This document shows, piece by piece, positions 18,497 to 29,200 of a stretch of 64,000 bases of DNA. Within the stretch, counting starts at the first letter, position 1; each line of letters starts with the position of its first letter. Location of the stretch: assembly GCA_900319955.1 (NCBI GenBank), contig ONQM01000006.1, forward strand, positions 718 through 64,717, given 5' to 3'. Position numbers and translations under genes: made by a program. The stretch is from an uncultured Eubacteriales bacterium. GTDB taxonomy: Bacteria > Bacillota_I > Bacilli_A > RF39 > UBA660. Under the pieces are notes generated by a model that was not told the DNA's origin, ran no database searches, and saw only the letters and a list, made by a program, of their open reading frames with translations.

Positions 18497-19270
18497 ATGA
18501 AAAAAAAATTGAATAAAAAAGGGTTTGCAATGGTGGAAACTTTGATATGTGCAGTGGCAGTCGCAACGATGGTTGCATATCTTTTTAATCTTATTCTTCC
18601 AATGACTGGTAAAGCCTCAGCATCAGAACATTATGAAGATTTAGATACTAAATATTTAGCATATTATTTAAAAGAAATGATAGAGACAGACACTAGTATA
18701 CCTAATAAAATAACAAAAGTTGATAAATCAAATTCTGCAGATAATAACTATTATCCATTTTCATCTAGTTGTGGAGAATTATGTAAAGTTTACACAACAA
18801 AAAGTTATAAATGTGAAACAGATACAAATGGACAATGTATAGTAGATTCGAATGGCGAAATAATATATGATGATTTAAATGGTAATATATTTTCAACTGA
18901 TACTCACTATACAAATAGAAATGATTTATGTAATCTACTAGATAGTACAAAACTTTCTAAAAACAATATGTACTACTGCAACCAATTTGTTAATGCAAGT
19001 CATATAACTAATATTTATCTTATAAATTATTATGATACAAAGTCATTTAAAGATTATGTTAAATCTAATCCAAAAGATAGTGCAGGAAATTTAATATTTT
19101 CTAATAGAAGCTTTAGATCATATGTTTCATATATGCCAAGGCATAATCATGCAGATAGCAAAAAAGATAAACTTCTTCTAATAGTTGAGCAGGAACATGA
19201 AGCAACTACAGAATTTGGGGATAAGTACTATACTTATGCATCAATCGAGGTAAATAGATATGGGAAATAA
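18497..19270 (+). CDS. type IV pilin/pseudopilin, with a prepilin-type N-terminal cleavage/methylation signal
   Basis: KKGFAMVETLI is a class III signal, cut G|F with Glu at +5. A hydrophobic helix follows, and the C-terminal domain is Cys-rich. Confidence 0.75.
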   Translation: MKKKLNKKGFAMVETLICAVAVATMVAYLFNLILPMTGKASASEHYEDLDTKYLAYYLKEMIETDTSIPNKITKVDKSNSADNNYYPFSSSCGELCKVYTTKSYKCETDTNGQCIVDSNGEIIYDDLNGNIFSTDTHYTNRNDLCNLLDSTKLSKNNMYYCNQFVNASHITNIYLINYYDTKSFKDYVKSNPKDSAGNLIFSNRSFRSYVSYMPRHNHADSKKDKLLLIVEQEHEATTEFGDKYYTYASIEVNRYGK

Positions 19271-19919
19271 AGGTATGACATTAATTGAACTATTAATAGG
19301 ATTCTTAGTAACATCAGCAATCGTTGTATCAATGTTTAACTTTATACTTGATTTTTCAGGAGATGAACAAAACCTAAAAAAGAAAACAGATATTAGAACT
19401 TATAAAAATATAGTTACAAAACTTATACAAACAGATATTATAAAAAATGAACTTAAAAGTGTTTCTGTTTCATCAAATGGAAATAATTATGACTTCTTGC
19501 TTACTTTTAATACACCATTTGAAAATACTGGAATTACAACTAAAAATTTGATAGTCCATGCAAGTAGTAACAATAAAGATGACAACTTCATAGTTTACGA
19601 TGATATTAATAACTTAGGGCAAAAGCAAAAAGTAAGATATGATCTTCCAAATACATCTTGTACAGGATCAAAGTGTAGAGCAGGATCAAGCACAGATTCA
19701 GACTTTACAAGATTTTCATCAATAGGTACAAACATACATGACGTTTATAATACAATAGATCCAATAACACAAACAAACTATGGTGTTAACTATTTTTCAC
19801 TTGATATTGCAATATCATCACCAGAAGAAGTAGGAGATAATCATATTTTAATTGTTGCACCATTAAATTACAGATACTGCAAGATAACAGATAAAGATGA
19901 AGAGTATTATTCTAATTAA
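19260..19919 (+). CDS. type IV pilin/pseudopilin (second)
   Basis: NKGMTLIELLIGFLV is a prepilin signal. The ORF overlaps the upstream pilin by 11 nt. Confidence 0.7.
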   Translation: MGNKGMTLIELLIGFLVTSAIVVSMFNFILDFSGDEQNLKKKTDIRTYKNIVTKLIQTDIIKNELKSVSVSSNGNNYDFLLTFNTPFENTGITTKNLIVHASSNNKDDNFIVYDDINNLGQKQKVRYDLPNTSCTGSKCRAGSSTDSDFTRFSSIGTNIHDVYNTIDPITQTNYGVNYFSLDIAISSPEEVGDNHILIVAPLNYRYCKITDKDEEYYSN

Positions 19920-19978
19920 GTTTGATACTTTTTTTCTTTTCTATAATGTGATAAAATTTAAAAAGAAATGGAGATATT

Positions 19979-20905
19979 ATGACAGAATTAGAATATAGTG
20001 AAATTTTCAAAACATTTAATATTAATGATGATAATTTTATGATGAAATATAGTGATTCATATTATACTATTGTACGTAGTAACTTTTCATATGAGTTTGC
20101 AAATATGATTTATAATAAATATCATAATAAAAAATATGGAATAAGAATTAATGGAGAAGGTTTTGACACACCTCATAAAAATCAAAATATTTATACTTAT
20201 CATATTGATACAAAAGAAGGACTTATATGCTTTTTATCTGAATATTTAGATTATAAAAATAAAACAGATAAAAATAAAAAAATGATTAATGATAAAATCT
20301 ATAATATAAACACAAATATTTTATATAAAATTAATCCTAGAATAAATATGAATAAATGGATAAAGAATTTAACAGAAAATGAAAACCATACTCAAATAGA
20401 ACTTAGAAGTTTACTTGATAAATTTGATTATGCAGTTAACCCTTATATTAATAAAGATATTCCATTAGAAGAAAATGAAGGATTAAAGCTTAGTGGTGCA
20501 TTACACAGCGATAATTATACATTAAATTTCTATGGAGCTTTTGGATGCACTTCATCATATATATGTAAAAATAAATTTTCTTCTTCTCTAGATTATAAAC
20601 TAAGTAATGAAGATTATGATACAATATATTTCTTACATCAATACTGCATTAGAAATGCTTATGACCAATTAGATGAAGAAATATTTTCATTAAGTTATGA
20701 TGATAGTGAAGGAAAATATAGAAATATTACATATTATATTTCAAATGGATTTGTTAGTTACACATCTTCTTCTCCAAAGAAGATGACTGATAAAGATTAT
20801 GATTCATTATATAATGCTATAAAATACGGAACAGATCTTGCTAAGACAATAACGATAGATAACATTGATATGTCAAAAGCAAAAACTTTAAAAAAGGGTA
20901 GATGA
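19979..20905 (+). CDS. hypothetical protein
   Basis: ORF with an RBS, ggagat. No recognisable family. Confidence 0.35.
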   Translation: MTELEYSEIFKTFNINDDNFMMKYSDSYYTIVRSNFSYEFANMIYNKYHNKKYGIRINGEGFDTPHKNQNIYTYHIDTKEGLICFLSEYLDYKNKTDKNKKMINDKIYNINTNILYKINPRINMNKWIKNLTENENHTQIELRSLLDKFDYAVNPYINKDIPLEENEGLKLSGALHSDNYTLNFYGAFGCTSSYICKNKFSSSLDYKLSNEDYDTIYFLHQYCIRNAYDQLDEEIFSLSYDDSEGKYRNITYYISNGFVSYTSSSPKKMTDKDYDSLYNAIKYGTDLAKTITIDNIDMSKAKTLKKGR

Positions 20906-20909
20906 TTAA

Positions 20910-21920
20910 ATGAATAAATTAAAAAACAATATTAAAGAATTCATTAAAGATAATTTAGTTCCAATAATTATATTTTTAATAATACTTTTCTTATTTAGAT
21001 TTCCAGTTAACTACTATATTATTGTAGGTGGTGGAACATTAGAAGCTGATCCAAGGGTAAAAGTAAAAAATGAGTATAAAAGTAAAGGAAGCTTTAATTT
21101 ATCTTATGTTTCTGAAATGAAAGGAACACTTGCAACATATCTTCTGTCTTTTCCACTTAAATATGATAGAGAAAGTATAGAAGTTTCTAAAGCATCTAGT
21201 AAGGAAAGTGTAGATGACATAGAGTTTAGAAATAACTTGTGGCTTAATTCAACAAATGATAATGCAGCATATGTAGCGTATACTTATGCAGGTAAAAAAG
21301 TTAAAATAGGAAAAAATAAAATATATATTTTTGCAAAACTGGATAAATCAGATACTGACTTAAGAGTAGGGGATGAAATAGAATCTATTGATGGAGAAAC
21401 TGGTAAAACACTTGATGAATATAGAAAAATAATTAATAGTAAAAATGATGGAGAAAGATTAAAACTAAAAGTTAAACATGGAGATAAAGAATATGAAAGA
21501 TTTGCAAAAATAACAACAATCAAAAAACAAAAATACATTGGTGTTGAACTTATGGAAAGCAAAGACTATGAGTTTGATCCTGAAATAGAGTTTAAGTTTA
21601 AAGATAGTGAAGGAGGTCCATCTGGCGGACTTATGACTGCACTTGAAATATACAACGAACTTACAAAGAAAGATATAACATATGGCAAGAATATTGCAGG
21701 AACAGGCACAATTGACACATATGGTACAGTTGGAGAAATAGATGGAGTTAAATATAAAATTAGAGGTGCAGAAGAAAATAAAATGGATGCGTTTCTAGTA
21801 CCATCTGGCAGAAACTATAAAGAAGCAATTGAAACAAAGAAAAAATATAAATTAAAAATAAAAGTTATTGAAGTTAAAAACTTTAATGATGCATTAAATA
21901 AATTAAAAGAATTGGGGTAA
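20910..21920 (+). CDS. PDZ-domain plus Lon-like (S16) serine protease of the YlbL/SepM family
   Basis: There is an N-terminal TM segment. LRVGDEIESIDGE marks the PDZ domain. GPSGGLMTALEIYNEL and GKNIAGTGTID are Lon S16 Ser motifs, and a Lys is present later. Confidence 0.7.
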   Translation: MNKLKNNIKEFIKDNLVPIIIFLIILFLFRFPVNYYIIVGGGTLEADPRVKVKNEYKSKGSFNLSYVSEMKGTLATYLLSFPLKYDRESIEVSKASSKESVDDIEFRNNLWLNSTNDNAAYVAYTYAGKKVKIGKNKIYIFAKLDKSDTDLRVGDEIESIDGETGKTLDEYRKIINSKNDGERLKLKVKHGDKEYERFAKITTIKKQKYIGVELMESKDYEFDPEIEFKFKDSEGGPSGGLMTALEIYNELTKKDITYGKNIAGTGTIDTYGTVGEIDGVKYKIRGAEENKMDAFLVPSGRNYKEAIETKKKYKLKIKVIEVKNFNDALNKLKELG

Positions 21921-21924
21921 AATT

Positions 21925-22671
21925 ATGATAATAACAAGTTTAGAAAATGAAAAAGTAAAATTTTATGAAAGTTTAAAACAAAAAAAGGTAAGAGATAGTA
22001 AGAATATTTTTTTAGTCGAAGGAGCACATCTTGTTTTAGAAGCTCATAAGAAAGGTCTTATTGAAGAATTAATACTTGAAAAAGATGAAGTATTTCCAAT
22101 AGATATTCCTAAAGAAAAAATAGTTTATGTTTCTGATAATATATTAAAGAAAATATCTTCTGCAGTAACTCCACAAAAAGTAATGGCAGTATGTAAAAAG
22201 CCAAAAGAAAGTGATGAATTAGGAGAAAAAATATTAATACTTGATAATGTTCAGGATCCAGGAAATGTTGGAACAATTATTAGATCAGCATGTGCATTTA
22301 ATATTGATACAGTAGTATTTAGTCCTAATTCTTGTGATCTTTACAATCCAAAAACTGTAAGAGCAACACAAGGAATGTTCTTTCACATGAACTGCATTAG
22401 AAGAGAAATTATTCCAGTTCTTAAAAAAATAAAGGAAGCAGAAATTCCAGTATATGGAACACTTGTTGGATATGGTGATAGTGTTAAATCAATTGAAGAA
22501 GAAGGAAAAAAGCGTTTTGCACTTGTTGTTGGAAATGAAGGAAATGGAGTAGAAGAAGAAATAACAAAGCTTTGCGATAAAAATTTATATATAGATACTA
22601 ATAGTAATGTAGAAAGCTTAAATGTTGCAATAGCAACATCTATACTGCTTTATGAATTAGGATCAAAATAA
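21925..22671 (+). CDS. TrmH/SpoU-family RNA 2'-O-methyltransferase
   Basis: The SPOUT motifs VGNEGNGV and NVQDPGNVGTIIRSA are present. Confidence 0.8.
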   Translation: MIITSLENEKVKFYESLKQKKVRDSKNIFLVEGAHLVLEAHKKGLIEELILEKDEVFPIDIPKEKIVYVSDNILKKISSAVTPQKVMAVCKKPKESDELGEKILILDNVQDPGNVGTIIRSACAFNIDTVVFSPNSCDLYNPKTVRATQGMFFHMNCIRREIIPVLKKIKEAEIPVYGTLVGYGDSVKSIEEEGKKRFALVVGNEGNGVEEEITKLCDKNLYIDTNSNVESLNVAIATSILLYELGSK

Positions 22672-22682
22672 AAGTATTAGAT

Positions 22683-23843
22683 TTATTTCTTTTCTAATAC
22701 TTTTTCTTTTTTAGCGTTTGAATTTTTATTATACATTGCCTCATAAATTTCTATTATTTTTGAATTCTTTTTTAATTTTGCTAATGCCCTAGCTTCTACT
22801 TGTCTTACTCTTTCACGTGTTATACCATAACTTTCTCCAATTTCTTCTAATGTTTCTGGAATGCAATCTATGCCATTTCTTCTAACAATTACATCAAGTT
22901 CTTTCTCACTTAAAGTACGCTTTAAAATCTCTACAATATCACTTCTTATCTTACTTCCAATAGCACTATCTTCAACACTTATATTTTCATCTTCCAACAA
23001 ATCCACAAAAGAATCATCAGAATCATCAGTAATAGGAGCATCTAAACTCATAATATTATTATCAGTAATTCTTAGAATGCTTCTAAGAAGGCTTTCAGTT
23101 GTTTCAAGTTTATCTGCAATAATATCAATATTGCTATCATTAATAGCTAACTCTTCACCATACATATCTTCATACTGGCTACGAAGTTTAGCAAGCTTTC
23201 TTAATATTTCATGTGAATGAGTTGGAATTCTTATTTGACTATTAGTTTCAAGTGCATTTCTTCTAATACTTTGCTTAATCCAAAATGTTGCATAAGTAGA
23301 AAATTTATTATCTTTACTAACATCAAATTTATCAATAGCTTTCAAAAGACCTTCATTACCTTCTTCAATAACATCCATAATATCAAGATCAGAAAATTTG
23401 TATTTCTTTGCAATAGAAACAACAAGTCTTAAATTATGCTTAACAATCTTATCTCTTACTTTTTCTCTTTCTTCACTTGATTTACTTAAATCATGATATT
23501 CTTTAAATAGTTTTTCTTCTTCTTCCTTTGCAAGAACAGGATATCTAGATAAACTTGATAAATAATTCTTTATATGACTACTTACAAATACATCTTTTGA
23601 ATTTACATCATTATTAATTATATCAATTTTATTCTCTTCCATATAAAGTTCAATAAAATAATCAAAACCACTGATTTTTTCCATTCTTTTAAGTTCTGTA
23701 CTAGTAATGTTTCTTCTACCATTTAAATACTCTTCTAATAATCTAACTATATCATCATTAGAAAGAAAATTTTCATAGTTAAAATCATCATTTAAATTAT
23801 TTCTTATCTTTCTAAGTTCTAATAGTCTTTCTTCATTATTCAT
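22683..23843 (-). CDS. RpoD-like (group 1/2) sigma-70 factor
   Basis: Region 1.2 is SSLSRYPVLAKEEE. Region 2 is NLRLVVSIAKKY...EGNEGLLKAIDKFD...FSTYATFWIKQSIRR. Region 4.2 is ITRERVRQVEARALAKL. Confidence 0.85.
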   Translation of the reverse strand: MNNEERLLELRKIRNNLNDDFNYENFLSNDDIVRLLEEYLNGRRNITSTELKRMEKISGFDYFIELYMEENKIDIINNDVNSKDVFVSSHIKNYLSSLSRYPVLAKEEEEKLFKEYHDLSKSSEEREKVRDKIVKHNLRLVVSIAKKYKFSDLDIMDVIEEGNEGLLKAIDKFDVSKDNKFSTYATFWIKQSIRRNALETNSQIRIPTHSHEILRKLAKLRSQYEDMYGEELAINDSNIDIIADKLETTESLLRSILRITDNNIMSLDAPITDDSDDSFVDLLEDENISVEDSAIGSKIRSDIVEILKRTLSEKELDVIVRRNGIDCIPETLEEIGESYGITRERVRQVEARALAKLKKNSKIIEIYEAMYNKNSNAKKEKVLEKK

Positions 23844-24039
23844 ACATTCCCCTCCGATTTGCTAACATATTATACTGCTTTTTCCTTTATAAATCAATCT
23901 ATTTCGAATAATCATACTTACCTATACGCATTAAATATTTAATATTTTTTAAAAGTTGTCCCTTTTTTGTGCAAAATGTTTTAAAAAGTATTGAAAAATA
24001 AAGAACTATAAAGTAATATTATAAAAGGTGATAATATGA

Positions 24040-24711
24040 AAAAAAAGCTTATAATGATTTATTAGAGTGAAAGAATAAAAAGGGATCATAAACCTTTAGT
24101 GGTACTTGGCGTAAGACAATGTGGGAAAACATATTTAGTAAACAAATTTATAAAAGAAAACAATAAATTTAATGGAAGATAGTAGAATTATTGATTTATA
24201 TAAAACAAATGATACATTAGATACTAAATATATTATTTTAAAATCTATTCTTTATTTTGACTTAGAAGAAGACTCAGCAGTTTTTGTTGATGAAGTACAA
24301 TTAAGTGAAGAGTTTATTAGAAATTTAAAATATATTGATGAGATGTACCCTAATGTAAATATTATTTGTGCTAGTTTTCTTTTAGGTGTTAAACTAAAAA
24401 GATTTAATGGATTATTTCCAGTTGGAAAAGTTGAACTTTTAAATCTATATAATTTATTTCTAATAACTGGTGGTATGCCTGCTGCTATTTATGAACTTGT
24501 AAAAAACAATTTTAAGCTATATTACTGGAATGATCCAGAAGTTGATTTTGTTATAAAAATCAATAATGATATTGTTTCAGTAGAAGTAAAAGCTGCAGAT
24601 AATACTCAAAGTAAAGCACTAAAAATTTTGGGTAGGATGGTAATAGTAAAATTAAATCTGTTCCACTTTATGCAACTTTCTGCATTAAAAGTGAAGATAA
24701 AACTAAAATAA
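24040..24711 (+). pseudogene. decayed AAA-family ATPase of the DUF4143 type. An N-terminal Walker-A fragment is followed by a stop and an internal deletion, and then the C-terminal portion
   Basis: The frame gives LVVLGVRQCGKTYLVNKFI, then stops at 24177. The 24172-24711 ORF encodes the DUF4143-like C-terminus, YWNDPEVDFVIKINNDIVSVEVKAAD. Confidence 0.5.
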
Positions 24712-24760
24712 GTGATTTTCTTAATTAACGTTATACTTAAGTAGTAATAGTGAGGTAAAA

Positions 24761-25357
24761 ATGATAAAAAATATTATATTTGATATTGGTGGAGTAATAT
24801 GGAAAGGTAATCATTCATCTATACTTGATAAACTAAATCTTTCACTTAAAGAAAAAGATGAAATAGAGAAAGTTTACTTTAAACCATGGCTTAAAGTAGA
24901 TTTAGGAAAAGAAACTATTAATGAAAGATTTTCATCATGTAAGTTTAGTTTTAAAATAAATAATGATATCAAAGATAAGCTAATTAACTTTTATAAATAT
25001 AGAGAATTTAATTATGATGTTATTAATTTGATTAATAAATTAAAAGAAAAAGGTTTTAACATTTATATACTTTCAAATAATAATAAAGAAGCAATTAATT
25101 ATTTAAAAGGATTAGATATTTTAAAAAACATTGACGGATGGATAGTATCATGTGATACACATTTAATGAAACCGAGTGAAGAAATATATAAAGCGCTTCT
25201 TAATAAATTTAATTTAAATCCTCATGAATGCTATTTTATTGATGATAAAGAAAAAAATATAAATGCTGCAAAAAAACTTGGAATAGATGGATATATATTT
25301 AAAAATACTGATGATCTAATAAATGATATGATAGATAAAAAAATAATTAAAAACTAA
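24761..25357 (+). CDS. HAD-superfamily hydrolase (subfamily IA-like)
   Basis: Motif I is IIFDIGGVI, and the C-terminal FIDD motif is present. Confidence 0.8.
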   Translation: MIKNIIFDIGGVIWKGNHSSILDKLNLSLKEKDEIEKVYFKPWLKVDLGKETINERFSSCKFSFKINNDIKDKLINFYKYREFNYDVINLINKLKEKGFNIYILSNNNKEAINYLKGLDILKNIDGWIVSCDTHLMKPSEEIYKALLNKFNLNPHECYFIDDKEKNINAAKKLGIDGYIFKNTDDLINDMIDKKIIKN

Positions 25358-25404
25358 ATATAATCTTTAATTTTTAAGTACATTATGATATATTAAAATT
25401 ATGG

Positions 25405-26232
25405 GTGGTAACAATGAATTTTGAGTTTATTTACAATGAATATATACTTATATGGAATCTACTTTTTAGACAGTCTATATCAAAAGAGATAAATGACAGT
25501 AAGCAAAAGATATGGATTAACTATAAAAAAGAATATAATGCGCTTTTTTATGATAAAGATAATATACTTTCTGATCCTAAAAACTATATACCTAAAGATG
25601 ACACTATTTATAACATAGTAAAAGAATTAAACTTTTATCCTGAGATAGAAAAGAAAGTAGAAAAGTTTAGATTAACACTAATAAGAGAATGGGATAAAGT
25701 TAGAAAACCATTTAATAAATATTTAAAAGAATTATTAAGAATAGATTTAAATAATTATAAAGTATATGTAATAGATCCAAGACTAGAGGTTACTGATATA
25801 GTTGATTTAAAAGATAAAAAAGTAATTATTTATGCATCATCACTTACAAATGAATATTTAATAGAAAACTTAGTATATAAAATTGTGCATAGTGAAATAA
25901 AAATAAGCAATCATGATGATATTGTAAATGCATGCTTAGAGTTAGTACTAAGAAATGAAGTGCCAACTAGAATAACAGGTAAAAGTCATTATCTAGATGG
26001 TAGAAAAACTCTTCAAGCTTTAAAAAAACAAATATATCCATATTTTCTTATGTATATGGGAGTAAAAAAAGAAGACTTTATCTTTTACATGAGGCGTGAT
26101 GGAATAATATTTGATGAAAGTAGCTTTGCATATAATGATAAATTAAAAGACATGAATATATTTAGTTTTATAGATTTTTGTATTAAAAATGTAGAATATG
26201 CAATAAAAGTAGAAGACTTAGAAATACTTTAA
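25405..26232 (+). CDS. hypothetical protein
   Basis: ORF only. Confidence 0.35.
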   Translation: MVTMNFEFIYNEYILIWNLLFRQSISKEINDSKQKIWINYKKEYNALFYDKDNILSDPKNYIPKDDTIYNIVKELNFYPEIEKKVEKFRLTLIREWDKVRKPFNKYLKELLRIDLNNYKVYVIDPRLEVTDIVDLKDKKVIIYASSLTNEYLIENLVYKIVHSEIKISNHDDIVNACLELVLRNEVPTRITGKSHYLDGRKTLQALKKQIYPYFLMYMGVKKEDFIFYMRRDGIIFDESSFAYNDKLKDMNIFSFIDFCIKNVEYAIKVEDLEIL

Positions 26233-26237
26233 ATGAG

Positions 26238-29200
26238 GTGGTTATAATGGAAAAAAATATAAAATTGTTGCTGGATAAAATTGACTTTAGTAAAGACCAT
26301 TATAACTTTTTTTCTTCTGCTAAACTTACTAAATTAAAACTATTTAAGGGTAATAAATCATTAGAAGTATATATTGAAATAGATAATATGGTGCAAGTAG
26401 ATATATTTAATGAATTAGAAAGTAAAATATATAAACTTGATAATAGAGTATCTAAAATAAATATATTTTTTAATGTAAAAAATAAAGATTTAAACTTATA
26501 TAAAGATTACTTTAACACTGTACTTAGTATGATGAAAGGTAAAATTAATAAGAATTTATTTGTTAATTCTATAGAAGTAGGTGATAATAAACTTAATATA
26601 CTTTATAGTAACACATATGAACATGATATATTAAATAAAAATATAGATTTGATAAAAGAAATATATTCATCACTAGGATATGATGGTGAAATAGACTTAA
26701 AAGAAAACATTAATAAAATAGAGCTTAATAGTACAAATGAAGTGTTAGAATCTAGTATTCCTAAAGAAAAATTTGAGCATAAAGAAGTAAAAGAAGAAAA
26801 AAAATTTACACCAGGTGAAAAACATTTTACAAGAAGAAGAAAAGAAGAAAGAGATCCAGAAAATATTATTGGGGTTGCAATTAATGATACACCAATATCA
26901 CTTCATAGTGTAGTAGGAGAAGATAATAATGTATGCGTAGAAGCTAAAATATTTGGTGTAGAATATTTTGAATCATCTAAGAGTGATTTTAAAATAATAA
27001 CACTAAAAATAACTGATTTTACTGATAGTATATATTGTAAAGTATTTACAAGAGATGCTGATGATTATAAACGTCTTACAAAAGAACTTTCTATAGGCAC
27101 TTGGATAAAGGTAAGAGGATATACTAAAAATGATCAATTCTCTAAAGAACTAGTATTAAATGCTAGAGATATCAAAAAAGTAGATCATAAAGATGAAGAA
27201 ATAAAAGATACATATCCTGAAAAAAGAGTAGAACTACATGCACATACTAAAATGAGTCAAATGGATGGACTTTGCGATGAAACCGAACTTGTAAAACGTG
27301 CAATAAAATATGGACATAAAGCAATTGCAATAACAGATCATAATGGTTGTCAAGCATTTCCACATGTATTTGATTATGTAACAAAATATAATAAAGGACT
27401 TCCAGAAGGAAAAGAAAAATTTAAAGCACTATATGGTACAGAACTTACTCTAATTGATGATAGAGTAGATATTGTCATTCGTCCAACAACTGGAAAACTA
27501 CTTGATAAAACATATGTTGTATTTGACTTTGAGACAACTGGATTTAATGCAGGTGGTGTTGATCAAATAATTGAAATTGGTGCGGTTAAAATAAAAGAAG
27601 GAATGGTAATTGATAAGTATGATGAACTAATAAATCCAGGAAGACCACTACCAGAAAGGATAACTGCAGTTACCAATATTACTGATGATATGCTAGAGAA
27701 TAAAGACACAGAAGAAAATGCAATAAAAAGATTTATAAAATGGTTTGGAGATCTTCCAATGGTTGCACATAATGCTAAATTTGATGTCTCATTTCTAGAA
27801 ATGTGTTATAAAAAATATAACTTAGGTACATTTACAAACACAGTAATAGATACACTAGAACTTTCTCGTACACTTGATAACAATTATTCTAGACATTCTC
27901 TTTCAGCACTTGTTAAAAGATATAATGTTCCATGGGATGAATCAGCACACCATAGAGGAGATTATGATGCAGAAGGAACAGCATACGTTTTATGGAAAAT
28001 GCTTGAAAAATTAAATAATCGTAATATAGAGACAATGGAAGACTTAGAAAACATGGTTCCAAAGGATGAGATATATAAATATGGACGTTCTTATCATGTT
28101 AATTTAATTGCAAAAAATAAAACTGGTCTTAAGAATTTATTTAAAATAATATCACTTGCAAATACAACATATATTTATAAAACACCAAGAATACCAAGAA
28201 GTGTATTAGATGAAAATAGAGAAGGGATTTTGGTTGGCTCTGGATGCTATGAGAGTGAAGTATTTGTACTTGCAAGATCAAAGCCAGATGATGAGCTTTC
28301 AAATATAATAAGATATTATGATTATGTAGAGGTGCAGCCCCTTGAGTGTTATTCGCATCTTTTACAAACAGGGGATTTTTCAAATAACTACGAGTTAAGT
28401 GAACATCTTAAAAAAATAATTAGAACAACAAAAGATTGTGGTAAGTTAATTGTTGCAACAGGAGATGTGCATCATATTGATAGAGCAGATAAAATATATA
28501 GAGAAATAATTGTAAACCAAAAAGTACCAGGTGGTGGAAGACATCCACTTGCAAGAGGTGGTATAAAAGAAATACCATCAAATCACTTTAGAACAACAAA
28601 TGAGATGATGGATGACTTTAAATTCTTAGAAGATGATAATCTTGCTCATGAAATAGTTATTGATAATCCAAATAAAATTGCAGATATGTGTGACATAATT
28701 GAGGTAATACCAGACACAGGCGGAATTCCTTTTTCACCAAGAGTTAAGGGAGATGATGGAGAGTACCTAGATTGCCCTCGCGTTGTTACAGATCTTGTAA
28801 TGACAAAAGCTAAAGACTGGTATGGTGATCCACTGCCTCACTTCATTGAAGACAGAATTGCAACAGAGCTTTATGGTGATATTTTAAAAAATACTATAAC
28901 AGCAAACTTAAAAGAACAAGGAATAGAAGATGAAGATAAAATCTTTGAAGAACTAGATAAATATATTAATGCTGGTAAAGGTGAAATAGAAAAATTATTA
29001 AGAGAGAGATTGAAAAAAGATGATCCAAGCTTAGAAAAAGAAGCACTAGAAAAAACTTTAAAGAAAAAATTTGGTGGTGTAATAGGTGGAGGATTTGATC
29101 CTATCTACTTAATTGCACAGCGTTTAGTTAAACACTCTAACGATGAAGGATTTCTTGTTGGATCCCGTGGCTCTGTTGGATCATCATTTGTTGCAACAAT

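Noticed and set aside
22861-23432. Plus-strand ORFs inside the sigma-factor gene
   Set aside because: They are antisense to a gene with full sigma-70 region conservation, and low complexity.
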